This document shows positions 49,439 through 59,752 of a DNA stretch of 64,000 nucleotides, in pieces. The stretch is from Candidatus Nanohalarchaeota archaeon. Lineage in GTDB: Archaea; Nanohalarchaeota; Nanosalinia; Nanosalinales; JAFCCC01. The notes below the pieces were generated by a model, which saw only the letters and a list, made by a program, of their open reading frames with translations, had not been told where the DNA came from and ran no database searches. How positions within the stretch are numbered: the first letter of the stretch is position 1; every line of letters starts with the position of its first letter. The translations under genes were made by a program, and so were the position numbers. The DNA lies in assembly GCA_017610385.1 (NCBI GenBank), contig JAFCCC010000002.1, positions 32,001 to 96,000 of the forward strand. Direction: 5' to 3'.

Positions 49439-52400
49439 TTACTTATCTTTTTTTAAGTGCAGTTTTAATTTGGAAAATTTCTGGCCTAATTTTTGTCGTA
49501 CTTGCTCTCCCTTTAGTTTTCTTAATGATTTTTCTTGCTCTTTTTCTAGTCTTTTTTCCTCTTGAATTTCCTCTTTTAATGTGCTCATTTTTTTATCTGC
49601 TAAGAAATTATATTCTTTTTTGACTTCTTTTTCTTCGTTTTTTTCTTTATTAAGACTTTTTCTTAACTTTTTAATTCTGCTGGGAATCGGCTCGTTAATT
49701 TGTTTTTCTTTTTTCTTAATTTTGAGCATTTTGATTTTGGGCAAAGATACACCCAATTTCTTAATTAATCTTTTATCTTCTGGGACTAAAGAAAAATATA
49801 AAACAAAAGCTACAATTAAAAGAATAATAATTGGTATAACGATATATATCCAAATTGAAACTTTTTTATTTCCAATAATAGTTTCTAAGGTAGCTTTAGC
49901 AGTTGTTAATCTATTATTAATTTCTTTTTGCAATTGAACCACTTGGGCATAATCTTCACTATTCAAGGAATTATTGGCTTGCTGTATTAGAGACTCTACC
50001 TCAGATAACAAAACAACAATTCCTTCTAAGCTCGTTTGGTTCTCAACTGTTTTATTGGCTTTTTCTAATAATTCTTTAACTTTTCCATATTCTATAATGC
50101 AGTCTGCGATAGTTTTGACATATTGTGTTGAATCATTTATAGCCGGTTGTATCTTCACTTTCAAAGTTGCCGTTGCTGTCGCTTCACTCCCTTGGGCTTT
50201 TAAAGTATAATCATAAACACCAACAGAATCATTTTTAGTGGTATTTAATGTTATTTTAATCAATCTGGTTGCACCAGAACTGATTATAGATATTTCGCTT
50301 GGATCTATAGTATTTAATAGAATTCCTGTTAGTGAAATAGTGGTATTCGCGATATTTTGATTTCCTGTATTTTTTAATTGTATTTCAAAACTGGTTGAGT
50401 TTCCTTGAAAAACATTTATAGCTGTTGGTAAGTTCTGCCAAGCTAAAGAATAAGTGTCTGTAGTAGTTGTTTCATTTGTAGTTGAACTTGAGCTGGAGCT
50501 TGAACCATCAGTGGTAGTAGAACCTGTGGTGGTTAAAAAACTCCAGACTTCATTATCTGAATGACCTACTTTATCATAAACGGTGATATTCATATAATAG
50601 GTTGTGCCTTCGTCTAAACTACGGATGTATATTACACCAACACTACTACAATCATCATAAGATAGAGTAGTATATGTAGACTGAGAAGCTCGTCTCCAGG
50701 ACATTATGCAACTACTTGTATCGATTCCAGATTCTCCATCTGAAAAATTTATTTTTAGAACTGCGTTTGTAACCGCTACACCACTGCCTCTTGGTGATCT
50801 AGAATTATAGTCAATAACTGGTGCTGAATTATCAACAGGGATAACCTGTAGGGTACTATTAATGTTGCCGGCTTGATCCTTACATTGAAATAAATATGTG
50901 TAATTTCCATTGGTGTCTATTGTAAAATTACTAGAATTCGTCCAGTCATTAGAATAACTAGTTTCGTTAACAGTATAAACTGATGCACCAGATATGGCAT
51001 CAGAACACGTAACTACCCAAACAACAGAGTTATTATACCACCCACCAGCGCCAGAATACGGTGCAGTTAGATTAGCAACAGAAATGGATGTGGGCGCATC
51101 AAAATCTGTGGAAATATTATAAGAAATTGTAGTGTTTTGATTTAATGTATCATTTGCATAAAGCACCACAGAATAATTATTATTGTTTTCTAAGTTAGTA
51201 ACACTAAAATTAATTTGATAAAGTGTCTGATTTTGAGATTGTGGCCATATATTAAAAGAAGGATAAGTGCCATTAAAGGTTACATTAATTGAATTATTAT
51301 TAATTCCAGACACATCGGTAATGTTAAGCCATATTGTTAAATTAGTATAATTTGTCCAATGTGTGGGATATTTAATTTCTGTGCCGTTTACGTATCTAGA
51401 AAGTTCTGGTGCAGAGAGATCTATTGTAGCATTTAGTGTGCCTGTTTTTGCAGTATTATTGGCTGCGTCATACGCAGTTAAATTAAATTCATATTGATAA
51501 TCATCAATTAGATTTTCAACTAAATAGTTTGTGCTTGTATTTAGTATACTAGAATTTAGATTGTACCAAGAAGTCCAAGAACCAAAACTTCCGGTTTGTT
51601 GAGATAATGAACGATTTCTTGCTAATAAAACATACTGAGAAATATATGTTTCAGAATCTGTAGCCGCGGTCCAATTAAGTGTTAAATTGTTTCTATTATA
51701 AGTATCATTAGAAGTGGGTGTTTGATCTGCGGTATGATTTATTATAAAATTTGTTGCGGCAGTTGGTGCACTAGCGTCTACATGAAAACTCCAGTATCCA
51801 GAAGATAAATTAAGCTCTTTTCCCCAAGTATCATTTGCACTAACATTTACGAAATAGATTGTATCATCATCTAAATTTGTTACAAAATATGTCAATCTTT
51901 TTCCATGAGTTATTGTAACTGAAGAATCTGGGGTTACTTCTGAATTATTAAAATAAAAACTTATTGTTGAAGAGTTTAAGAATCTATCTAAAACGTCTAC
52001 AGTTAGAGTAACATTCTGATCACTGGTGTAGACGGAAGGAGAATAATTAGCTAAGACGGGTGCACGACTATCTATAACAAAGGTATCTGCAATTGTGCCA
52101 TTTGATTGAATTAGGGTGGTATTTGTCTGAGAATTACCCGCCCAATCCGTTAAAGTAATATTAATTATGAACTCTATTTCGGTTGTTGAAAAAGTATACG
52201 AAAGATTACTTTTGTTTTCATCTGGATAATTCGTCATTAAACTAAAATCAATCAACGTTCCATTAGAATATTCAAAAGAAAGATTCGCGTATCTTACTGA
52301 AAAATCTGCATAATTGCATGTAATTGTATTTGTAGACTGATTTGTTGGAGATGTATTATTTATTGTTGTATTAATGAAAGATGGGGCGGTTCTATCAAAG

Positions 52401-52759
52401 GTTATGGCCCTTGAATCTGAAACATTCCAATTTCCAGTAGTGTTTTGTGACCAAACAGAATAAGTATAATTTGTTTCTAATAAAGAGGTATTTGAAGTTG
52501 TAAGATTTACATACGCATGAGTCAAGGAAGTGTTTGTTAGAGAGAAATTAAAAGATCCTGTTGAATTGCTCCAGGTGATTAAAGACTGATTTAAATCTTC
52601 ATTAGAGGTGACGTTAAGATAAAAATAAGTGAGAGTAGAATTTGCAGCGTTTTCTGGTGTAGACGGAAACTGAATTGTTGCGGCATTTGTTTTAACTGCA
52701 TAACAGAAAACCATTACGAACAGAATCGCGAGTAAGGCAGGTTTATAAGTTTTATTCAT
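49439..52759 (-). CDS. Large N-glycosylated Ig/FN3-like type I membrane protein with a Lys/Glu-rich cytoplasmic tail
   Basis: Start re-called at MNKTYK (AAGGAG SD). Repeated D.xGN / D..AP Ig linkers, S/T linker, helical bundle, TM, about 110-aa charged tail. Confidence 0.8.
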   Translation of the reverse strand: MNKTYKPALLAILFVMVFCYAVKTNAATIQFPSTPENAANSTLTYFYLNVTSNEDLNQSLITWSNSTGSFNFSLTNTSLTHAYVNLTTSNTSLLETNYTYSVWSQNTTGNWNVSDSRAITFDRTAPSFINTTINNTSPTNQSTNTITCNYADFSVRYANLSFEYSNGTLIDFSLMTNYPDENKSNLSYTFSTTEIEFIINITLTDWAGNSQTNTTLIQSNGTIADTFVIDSRAPVLANYSPSVYTSDQNVTLTVDVLDRFLNSSTISFYFNNSEVTPDSSVTITHGKRLTYFVTNLDDDTIYFVNVSANDTWGKELNLSSGYWSFHVDASAPTAATNFIINHTADQTPTSNDTYNRNNLTLNWTAATDSETYISQYVLLARNRSLSQQTGSFGSWTSWYNLNSSILNTSTNYLVENLIDDYQYEFNLTAYDAANNTAKTGTLNATIDLSAPELSRYVNGTEIKYPTHWTNYTNLTIWLNITDVSGINNNSINVTFNGTYPSFNIWPQSQNQTLYQINFSVTNLENNNNYSVVLYANDTLNQNTTISYNISTDFDAPTSISVANLTAPYSGAGGWYNNSVVWVVTCSDAISGASVYTVNETSYSNDWTNSSNFTIDTNGNYTYLFQCKDQAGNINSTLQVIPVDNSAPVIDYNSRSPRGSGVAVTNAVLKINFSDGESGIDTSSCIMSWRRASQSTYTTLSYDDCSSVGVIYIRSLDEGTTYYMNITVYDKVGHSDNEVWSFLTTTGSTTTDGSSSSSSSTTNETTTTDTYSLAWQNLPTAINVFQGNSTSFEIQLKNTGNQNIANTTISLTGILLNTIDPSEISIISSGATRLIKITLNTTKNDSVGVYDYTLKAQGSEATATATLKVKIQPAINDSTQYVKTIADCIIEYGKVKELLEKANKTVENQTSLEGIVVLLSEVESLIQQANNSLNSEDYAQVVQLQKEINNRLTTAKATLETIIGNKKVSIWIYIVIPIIILLIVAFVLYFSLVPEDKRLIKKLGVSLPKIKMLKIKKKEKQINEPIPSRIKKLRKSLNKEKNEEKEVKKEYNFLADKKMSTLKEEIQEEKRLEKEQEKSLRKLKGEQVRQKLGQKFSKLKLHLKKDK

Positions 52760-52863
52760 TATATCTCCTTTACTAACTATATTTTGACAATCGTTTTTAT
52801 AGCTTTTTCCTTTTAAATTTATATACTTCAAAAAATCAAAGTTATGGACAAGTGTGATTTAAA

Positions 52864-53502
52864 ATGAAAATTTTGGCTTTGGTTTCTGGCGGAATTGACT
52901 CCCCAGTAGCTATGCATTGTTTTTTAAAAAAAGGTTATGATGTAGAATGTGTTATTTTTGAAAGTACTCCATTTACTAAAAAAGAAGAAGTGATGACTGC
53001 TAAAGAAACCATAAAAAAGCTAAGTCAAAAATATGGAAAAAAGTTTAAAACGTATATTGTACCTCACGGAAAAACCCAAGAAACTTTTTTTAATTTAGTT
53101 AAAGAATCAGATTTAAAGTATAGTTGTATATTCTCTCGAAGAATGATGTTGCGAATTTCTGAAAAAATTGCAAATGAAAATGGATGCTCTTTTCTATTAA
53201 CTGGTGATTGTTTGGGCCAGGTTGCATCTCAAACCTTAGATAATCTAATTTTAATTGGGAACGTGAGTAAAATTCCTGTCTTACGACCGATTATTGGTCT
53301 AGATAAACTAGAAATAATTAAAATCGCTCAAGAAATAGGCACTTATGAAGTTTCTATTAAAGGCGGAATTTCCTGCGCAGTTAATGCAGATTACCCAGAA
53401 ACCCATGGAAAACAAACTGAAATGGAAAGAATTGAAAGCTCTTTAGGAACTGAAAAATTAATGAATGCCGCAGTAAGAAATATGATAATTGAAAAAATCT
53501 GA
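52864..53502 (+). CDS. thiI: ThiI-like tRNA sulfurtransferase, PP-loop domain only
   Basis: SGGIDSPVA, RRMM, GDCLGQVASQTLDNL, LRP.IG.DK.EI; no THUMP domain. Confidence 0.8.
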   Translation: MKILALVSGGIDSPVAMHCFLKKGYDVECVIFESTPFTKKEEVMTAKETIKKLSQKYGKKFKTYIVPHGKTQETFFNLVKESDLKYSCIFSRRMMLRISEKIANENGCSFLLTGDCLGQVASQTLDNLILIGNVSKIPVLRPIIGLDKLEIIKIAQEIGTYEVSIKGGISCAVNADYPETHGKQTEMERIESSLGTEKLMNAAVRNMIIEKI

Positions 53503-53562
53503 TTGGTTTGAGATTATTTTAATTTTGGATTGTTCCTCTTTGGATACATTTAAAAAATTTAA

Positions 53563-53802
53563 TTATTGTAAAAGTGATTTTAAAATCGATTCTGCTTCTT
53601 CCTTCGTACAATTTCGGAGAATTAGTCCTGTAGGGGTCAGGGAAATATTCTTTTTGAGGAATTCAAAAATTAGAAGATGTTTGGTATTCATAGAAACTAT
53701 TGCTTTTAGCAAAATCTTTGTCCGAATTGATTCAAACTCAGTTGCTCTGATATCCACTCTATAGCCTTTTTTGGTAGCACATTTTCGTAATCTGTCTATC
53801 AT
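53563..53802 (-). CDS. Small hypothetical protein
   Basis: 79-aa ORF with GGAGA upstream. Confidence 0.55.
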   Translation of the reverse strand: MIDRLRKCATKKGYRVDIRATEFESIRTKILLKAIVSMNTKHLLIFEFLKKNISLTPTGLILRNCTKEEAESILKSLLQ

Positions 53803-53912
53803 AATCTATTCTATTTCTCCTAATCTATCTCAACATATTTCAATTTATACTTATATTTTTGTATTAAAATTCTTGTGTTAGAAATTTAAATTTGCAAATT
53901 CTATTATATAGT

Positions 53913-54362
53913 ATGCAGTGTGAAATTTGCGGGAAAGAGGCCAAATTGATTAAAGCGGAAATTGAAGGTGCTGTAATGAATGTTTGTTCTGATTGTGCAA
54001 CTCTTGGAAGAAACTTGGAAATTCATACAACCTACGGGACTTTAACGGGAAATTCCAGTGTAAATTCTGCTTCAGAATTAGTTGAAAATTTTGGGGAAGT
54101 AATTAAAACTGCTAGGAATTCTTTGAATTTAAGCTTGGAAGATTTTGCCAATAAGATAAATGAAAAAAGTTCTGTTTTAAAAAGGGTTGAGAATGGTTCT
54201 TTAAGTCCTTATGAAAAATTAGCTAAAAAAATTGAAAAAGAACTGAATATTTCATTATATGGCATACCACCCAATGCTTTTCAAGTAAAAAAACAGAATT
54301 TTAAAAAAGAAACAACGCTTGGAGATGTTGTACGGATTAAGACCAAACATCAGAGTTCTTGA
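53913..54362 (+). CDS. Archaeal multiprotein bridging factor aMBF1
   Basis: CEICG..IEGA..VC..C Zn ribbon, HTH, TLGDVV tail. Start re-called at ATG 53913. Confidence 0.93.
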   Translation: MQCEICGKEAKLIKAEIEGAVMNVCSDCATLGRNLEIHTTYGTLTGNSSVNSASELVENFGEVIKTARNSLNLSLEDFANKINEKSSVLKRVENGSLSPYEKLAKKIEKELNISLYGIPPNAFQVKKQNFKKETTLGDVVRIKTKHQSS

Positions 54363-54820
54363 ACAAGTTTGTCTAAAATGATGTGTGAATTATAGGCCAA
54401 AAAGCTAAATAAAGCAGGAATTAACGTGTGAAACGTAAATAGAGTTATGATCCCAATAAAAATAGAGAAAATGATAGAAAATTTGAACGTATGTGTAATT
54501 CCTCTGTGTTTTGGCTTAAACCACGTTAACAAAATGTATAAAAACATTCCAGAACCGAAAGAAGCGATAAATGCAATTTTAAGATTGGGGTAACAAATAA
54601 CGCCAATAACAATTATTGCAATGATTATTATAATGGATTTTACCCAGCGATGAATCTTGGAATTTTGATGATCTACATCAGGAAAGAGTGCTGCAAATCC
54701 GATTAATAAAAGAGAAATTGCAGTAGATTTGATATCTAATAAAATCAATTGACGGAATACATAATATAGTATTGCACAAAAAACAAATCCAAAAATGAGA
54801 TGAACTTTATAATCTGGCAT
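54350..54820 (-). CDS. Membrane-bound metal-dependent hydrolase (YdjM-like)
   Basis: H..., PDVDH, HRGITH, SHIILD. Confidence 0.88.
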   Translation of the reverse strand: MPDYKVHLIFGFVFCAILYYVFRQLILLDIKSTAISLLLIGFAALFPDVDHQNSKIHRWVKSIIIIIAIIVIGVICYPNLKIAFIASFGSGMFLYILLTWFKPKHRGITHTFKFSIIFSIFIGIITLFTFHTLIPALFSFLAYNSHIILDKLVQEL

Positions 54821-54876
54821 ATTATTAATTTATTTTCTTGAGTATATTATTAACTTTCTTTATCGTGACTTTAGGC

Positions 54877-54965
54877 GAATTTAATAGAAATCTAATGATG
54901 AATTTAATATAAATCTAATGATGAATTTAATATAAATCTAATGATGAATTTAATATAAATCTAAT
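54877..54965. repeat. 23-bp tandem repeat, about 3.9 copies (GAATTTAATATAAATCTAATGAT)
   Basis: Units start at 54877, 54900, 54923 and 54946; no spacers; the last unit overlaps the stop codon of 54961-55410. Confidence 0.95.
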
Positions 54966-55410
54966 CAAGAGTTAATTCTAATAATTTTTCTGTGATGTGA
55001 TTTGAAAAAAGTTCTATATCATCTGATTTTGCAAGCAAGATATTCTCAGAAAGAGGTTCTTTTAACAAGTTCGCTTCTTTTAAAAGATCTTTAGAATTGC
55101 CAATAGAACAAATAAGTTTCTTTTCTGTGTTAAATTCCATTAAGATTGTTTTTAACTCCTCTTTTTTTCGTATTTTGTGTCTATAATTCACCAAAATTAT
55201 TGCGTCATAGTCTTTAACCGCAATTTCTTCAAAAGAATAATCTGGTATTATCGGAATTCTATTGACAACTGTTTCTTGTGTTTCAGCCGCTAAAGTTATA
55301 TTTACGCCACGATTTTCTATTATTCTCATAACCTGAAATAATTGAGGTTCATTGAATCCAGGAGCAATAATAAAAAGAACTGAAGCATTCTCCAAATCTA
55401 AATCTGGCAT
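54961..55410 (-). CDS. Degenerate DJ-1/PfpI family protein
   Basis: VLFIIAPGFNE, PD..FEEI..DYDAIIL, K.IC.IG; the nucleophile-elbow Cys is replaced by Gly. Confidence 0.7.
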   Translation of the reverse strand: MPDLDLENASVLFIIAPGFNEPQLFQVMRIIENRGVNITLAAETQETVVNRIPIIPDYSFEEIAVKDYDAIILVNYRHKIRKKEELKTILMEFNTEKKLICSIGNSKDLLKEANLLKEPLSENILLAKSDDIELFSNHITEKLLELTLD

Positions 55411-55526
55411 GTTAGTATTAAGAAGTTAAAGCGTTATATTTTTGAGTATATTTCTAAGGCGTATTATGTGTTTTTTGTGGTGTGGATGAGCATAACAATT
55501 TTAAGTATGTGCCCTATTTTTAGATT

Positions 55527-57254
55527 ATGAAACATTTAGCAGTTATTGATCCAAAGAAATGTAACCCAAATAAATGTCATCACGAGTGTATGAAGGCTTG
55601 TCCTATTAACAGACAAGACAAACAATGCATTCACCTAAATGAAAAAGGAGATTTGGCGAGAATTGATGAAGATTTATGTATTGGTTGCAAATTATGTATT
55701 AAAGCATGTCCTTTTGGAGCGATTCATATTGTTAATCTTGCTGAAGAAAAAGGCCAATTAGTTCATCAATTTGGAAAAAACACTTTTAGATTGTATAATC
55801 TGCCGGCACCAAAAGAAGGGTTTGTTGTGGGCTTGCTTGGACAGAACAGTGTCGGAAAGACAACTGCTTTAAGAATTTTATTTGGAGATATTAAACTAAA
55901 TCTAGGGGATTTTGAAAATGTTCCGAAGTTAAAAGAAGTTATTTCTAAATTTAGAGGAACTGAACTTCAGAATTTTTTTGAAAAATTTGAAAATAAAGAA
56001 ATTAAGGTTGCATACAAATCCCAACAAGTTGATAAAATTCCTATGTTGTTCAAAGGAAAGGTTTCTGACTTCTTGAAAAATAAAAGAAAAGAAGTTGAAG
56101 AAATTTGGAATCGTAAACTAAAGGAGTTAAGTGGGGGGGAACTGCAGAAAATAGCAATTTTTGCTACAATAGAAAGGGATGCTGATCTTTATCTTTTTGA
56201 CGAACCCTCGTCTTATTTAGATGTTAAACAAAGATTAGAATTAGCTAAGGACATTAGAAAATTAGCTGAAACTAAAAAGGTTGTAGTTGTTGAACATGAT
56301 TTGGCAACTCTTGATTTTCTTTCAGATATAATTTATATTTTCTATGGAGATGCAGGAGTTTTTGGGGTTGTGTCTCAAAATAAATCAGTTCGAGATGGCA
56401 TTAATCAATTTTTAGATGGATTTTTGATCCAAGAAAACATTAAAATAAGACCAGAAGAGATCAGCTTTCTGGTTAGACGAAATAAATTTGCTCTAGAAGA
56501 AAGTATTTTGGAGTTTCCAGAAATATATCATAAATTTAAAAACTTTGATTTAAAAATTGAAAAAGGTGAGATTCTAAAAGGAGAGGTATTAGGCATTTTT
56601 GGGGAAAACGCCTTGGGAAAAACTACATTTGCGAGAATTTTAGCTGGCGAATTAAAACCAAAGAAGGGTTCTTTTAATAAAATCAGAATTTCACATAAAC
56701 CACAATACCTAAGTTCTGATTTCAAGGGAACTGTAAGAGAAGTATTAAGCTTGAAAAATGATATTTATTCTACTGAATTTAGAACAAAATTCATTCAACC
56801 ATATGATTTAGAGAAATTAATGGAGAAAAAAGTAGATGAACTAAGTGGGGGGGAATTGCAGAAAATAGCAATTGTTTTGTGTTTGGCGCAAAAAGCTGAT
56901 GTTTATCTTTTGGATGAGCCTTCTGCATATTTGGATGTTGAAACTCGAATAAAACTAGCCAAAGATTTGAGAACTTTTGTTGAGAAAAATAATACGTCAG
57001 TTCTAATTATTGACCATGATTTATTGCTTTTAGATTATGTTTGCGACCGAACTATTGTTTTTGAAGGAATTCCAGGAATAAGCGGACATGCAAGAAGTCC
57101 GGTTCCATTGAGAGAAGGCATAAATGAATTTTTAAAAAATCTAAATATCACCTTTAGAGTAGATCCAAGAACTGGCCGACCAAGAGCAAACAAAATTGGA
57201 TCCCAGAAAGACAAGGAACAAAAGAAGAAGAAGGATTTTTACTGCGCCGCCTAA
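55527..57254 (+). CDS. Ribosome recycling ATPase ABCE1/RLI
   Basis: N-terminal Fe-S Cys motifs, two ABC domains with LSGGELQ and DEPS, GRPRANK..S..D.EQK hinge. Confidence 0.96.
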   Translation: MKHLAVIDPKKCNPNKCHHECMKACPINRQDKQCIHLNEKGDLARIDEDLCIGCKLCIKACPFGAIHIVNLAEEKGQLVHQFGKNTFRLYNLPAPKEGFVVGLLGQNSVGKTTALRILFGDIKLNLGDFENVPKLKEVISKFRGTELQNFFEKFENKEIKVAYKSQQVDKIPMLFKGKVSDFLKNKRKEVEEIWNRKLKELSGGELQKIAIFATIERDADLYLFDEPSSYLDVKQRLELAKDIRKLAETKKVVVVEHDLATLDFLSDIIYIFYGDAGVFGVVSQNKSVRDGINQFLDGFLIQENIKIRPEEISFLVRRNKFALEESILEFPEIYHKFKNFDLKIEKGEILKGEVLGIFGENALGKTTFARILAGELKPKKGSFNKIRISHKPQYLSSDFKGTVREVLSLKNDIYSTEFRTKFIQPYDLEKLMEKKVDELSGGELQKIAIVLCLAQKADVYLLDEPSAYLDVETRIKLAKDLRTFVEKNNTSVLIIDHDLLLLDYVCDRTIVFEGIPGISGHARSPVPLREGINEFLKNLNITFRVDPRTGRPRANKIGSQKDKEQKKKKDFYCAA

Positions 57255-57255
57255 A

Positions 57256-58605
57256 TTACTCAGCCATTAACTGATCTAGGCTTTCTTTAAAAGAGGGATT
57301 TTTTAGTGAAATGTCTTGTGCAATAGCTCGCGCAATGTCTCTAATTTCCCATTGTGCGGCTGGTTTTAATCTATCACCCATAAATCCAGAAACAATATTC
57401 CATGCATTTAATTTTATCAAACTGCAGATTTCTGTTGCATGTGGTATAACGCCTATTGCTTCGCTTTTTGGGATTCCCGAACCCACCATTGCTTCATAAA
57501 GATCAAAAGATCTATTACACGTATCCTGAAATGCAGTAAAATATGAAGAGTTTCTTATTGTTTCTGGGACTACAATTTCACCTCTTTGAGCCGCTGAATA
57601 AATTGATTCATAAATCTGAGGAATAGTATCATGCCGTTCCAATTGATGTAGTGCATTTAAAGACATTTTTGCTACATAACCGGTTATATTCCCTACAGAA
57701 TTTGATAAACTTAACATAGCCTTTTTTGCTAAATCTTTACCTCTTGCAAATTCGATCATTTCAGAAGTTAAAGGAATACTGACTAAAATGGGTTTAGAAA
57801 GCGAAAGATTACTTAAATATTTGCTTAATTTATCATCTTCGGAAATAAATATATGCGCCATTCCTGGGAATTTTCCTTGCGCAATAAATGCTTCAACATT
57901 TTTGGGAGCATATAACGTTTCATATCTTTTTTCTAATTGCGTAAACGTTAGTTTTAAAGTTCGGGTTAATAATTCAGGAATCCAAGTATTGTCTTCTGGA
58001 TCATAAGCCGCTTTTAGACCTGTAAATGATGCAAAATTTCCGTGTCCGTGAAGATATTTAGCAGCGACTAGTAAAGGATGAATAAATCTAGCGTCCTCTC
58101 GTGGAATTTGGTTTGCTGAATGTGGCTCTGTCATTTGCATATATATCCCAAACGAATCTTGGAATAATTGCAAAACTTGATCTTCAAATTCTGTGCCACT
58201 AATTGCGGCAGGCATAAAATATTCTCCTGATCGATTCTCTTCACCAGATCGTGTATATCTTAGAGAAGTTTGTAAAAATTTAGTAAAATCATCAGCACAC
58301 AAACCTAAAGTAACTAATCTTGGAGCTACGACTTCAATTCCGTGTGGTGCTTGATAAAAAACAGAAGTATGTCCTCCTTCTGCGCATGCAAAGAACAATT
58401 TTTCAAGTACGGCTTTTCTTTCTTCACTAGAAATTCCTTTTAATTCTTTTTCATAAATTTCGTAAGGACCTAATTGAGAGCGGCTATATGCTGTACGTGC
58501 TGTACCAAATGTAATCTCTTCAACACCATAGTCGGGATTCTCTTGGTTTTGAGCGCCCCATCGTAAATTTGCTTCTGGTTCCCGAATTATAATTTCTCTT
58601 CCCAC
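57256..58605 (-). CDS. thyX: FAD-dependent thymidylate synthase, tandem ThyX domains
   Basis: GHTSV..Q.SLRY..IPREDARF; second domain HQLERH..AQWEIR. Confidence 0.75.
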   Translation of the reverse strand: MGREIIIREPEANLRWGAQNQENPDYGVEEITFGTARTAYSRSQLGPYEIYEKELKGISSEERKAVLEKLFFACAEGGHTSVFYQAPHGIEVVAPRLVTLGLCADDFTKFLQTSLRYTRSGEENRSGEYFMPAAISGTEFEDQVLQLFQDSFGIYMQMTEPHSANQIPREDARFIHPLLVAAKYLHGHGNFASFTGLKAAYDPEDNTWIPELLTRTLKLTFTQLEKRYETLYAPKNVEAFIAQGKFPGMAHIFISEDDKLSKYLSNLSLSKPILVSIPLTSEMIEFARGKDLAKKAMLSLSNSVGNITGYVAKMSLNALHQLERHDTIPQIYESIYSAAQRGEIVVPETIRNSSYFTAFQDTCNRSFDLYEAMVGSGIPKSEAIGVIPHATEICSLIKLNAWNIVSGFMGDRLKPAAQWEIRDIARAIAQDISLKNPSFKESLDQLMAE

Positions 58606-58784
58606 AACTCAAAATATTAGAATTTTGAATTAAAATAGCTTTGTAATGTGAACGTAATGTGCAACACATAAGGAATAGAAACTTCTAAAAAAATACAAGA
58701 TTTAGTTAAATTTGAGAAATGTTAATTTTGCTAATGTGAAATACAAATCCAAATCCATAAAAATCTTCGTGTTAAATCAAAACT

Positions 58785-59336
58785 ATGAAAGAAAATATTG
58801 TTTTTAGTAAGATAGGTGCGGAAATTGCCAGGCAACTTCGTACATTGCACCAGGTTAAAGAAGAAAGTAGATATACTACCGCAATACTTTTTCCAGACGA
58901 CGAAAGACAATTGCATGACGTAGTTCCTTATGGAACTTCTGCCCTTCAATCTTGGTTGCGTGATGGGGGAACAAAATTTCACACTGAAAAACGCGAAAAA
59001 ACAGTGATTGTGGAAGATTATGAACGTACTAAACAAAACAGAGATGCACTTAATGCGTTCTGTTACCAGCACACACCCCAAAGCGTCATGTTTTTTAGAC
59101 AAATCTATGAGGCATTTGAACAAGAAACACCTTTGCCAGAATTCATATATAAAACCGTAAAAGACACTGTTGGGGTGCTCGAACACCTCGCATCAAATGA
59201 AATTCCTGAAGCATATACTCTTTTAGAACAATATGCAATACCAGACAGCGACAGAGCAGATCCACTAAATCAGCTTTCTTTAGAGATTTCTTATGCATTG
59301 GACAGACTTACTGAACTCAGTTCTACTAATCAATAA
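58785..59336 (+). CDS. Hypothetical protein
   Basis: 183-aa ORF. Confidence 0.6.
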   Translation: MKENIVFSKIGAEIARQLRTLHQVKEESRYTTAILFPDDERQLHDVVPYGTSALQSWLRDGGTKFHTEKREKTVIVEDYERTKQNRDALNAFCYQHTPQSVMFFRQIYEAFEQETPLPEFIYKTVKDTVGVLEHLASNEIPEAYTLLEQYAIPDSDRADPLNQLSLEISYALDRLTELSSTNQ

Positions 59337-59394
59337 ATTTAAATGCGGCATAATTTAAATATGATGCAGAAGTTCATAGGAGGGCAGTATAAGC

Positions 59395-59658
59395 CTAATA
59401 GATTGATTCTCCGCATGAAACGCCTTCTATACCACTTAAAGAACTTTTCATCTTCTTTAATTTAGTCCTAATCCGGTCAATATCTAAATCCATACCACGA
59501 AGATCCATTTTAGTCTCTTCAACACCTCTAAAGTCACTTAGAATTTTAAGAGTTATCGCATCAACACCTTTGATTTTAGAGAGTTCTTTTACAAAACTTA
59601 TTGAATCTATATCTGTTGGTTTAAAAATGCCCAAAGTTAATTTGTTGATTTTTGTCAT
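59395..59658 (-). CDS. DUF211-family protein
   Basis: KL.L.I.KP..L..I.GV..I..G..LD.D.I...L......IE.V..G pattern. Confidence 0.65.
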   Translation of the reverse strand: MTKINKLTLGIFKPTDIDSISFVKELSKIKGVDAITLKILSDFRGVEETKMDLRGMDLDIDRIRTKLKKMKSSLSGIEGVSCGESIY

Positions 59659-59752
59659 AAAGTATTATTTGCTTTGTGGTTTTATAAAATTTAGTTAGAA
59701 CAACACAATCATTTTTATATCTTTTTACTACTATAATAAGACAAGCGATTTT

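Noticed and set aside
54877-54965. CRISPR array or C/D sRNA
   Set aside because: Contiguous units with no spacers, no cas genes, and no CTGA D box.
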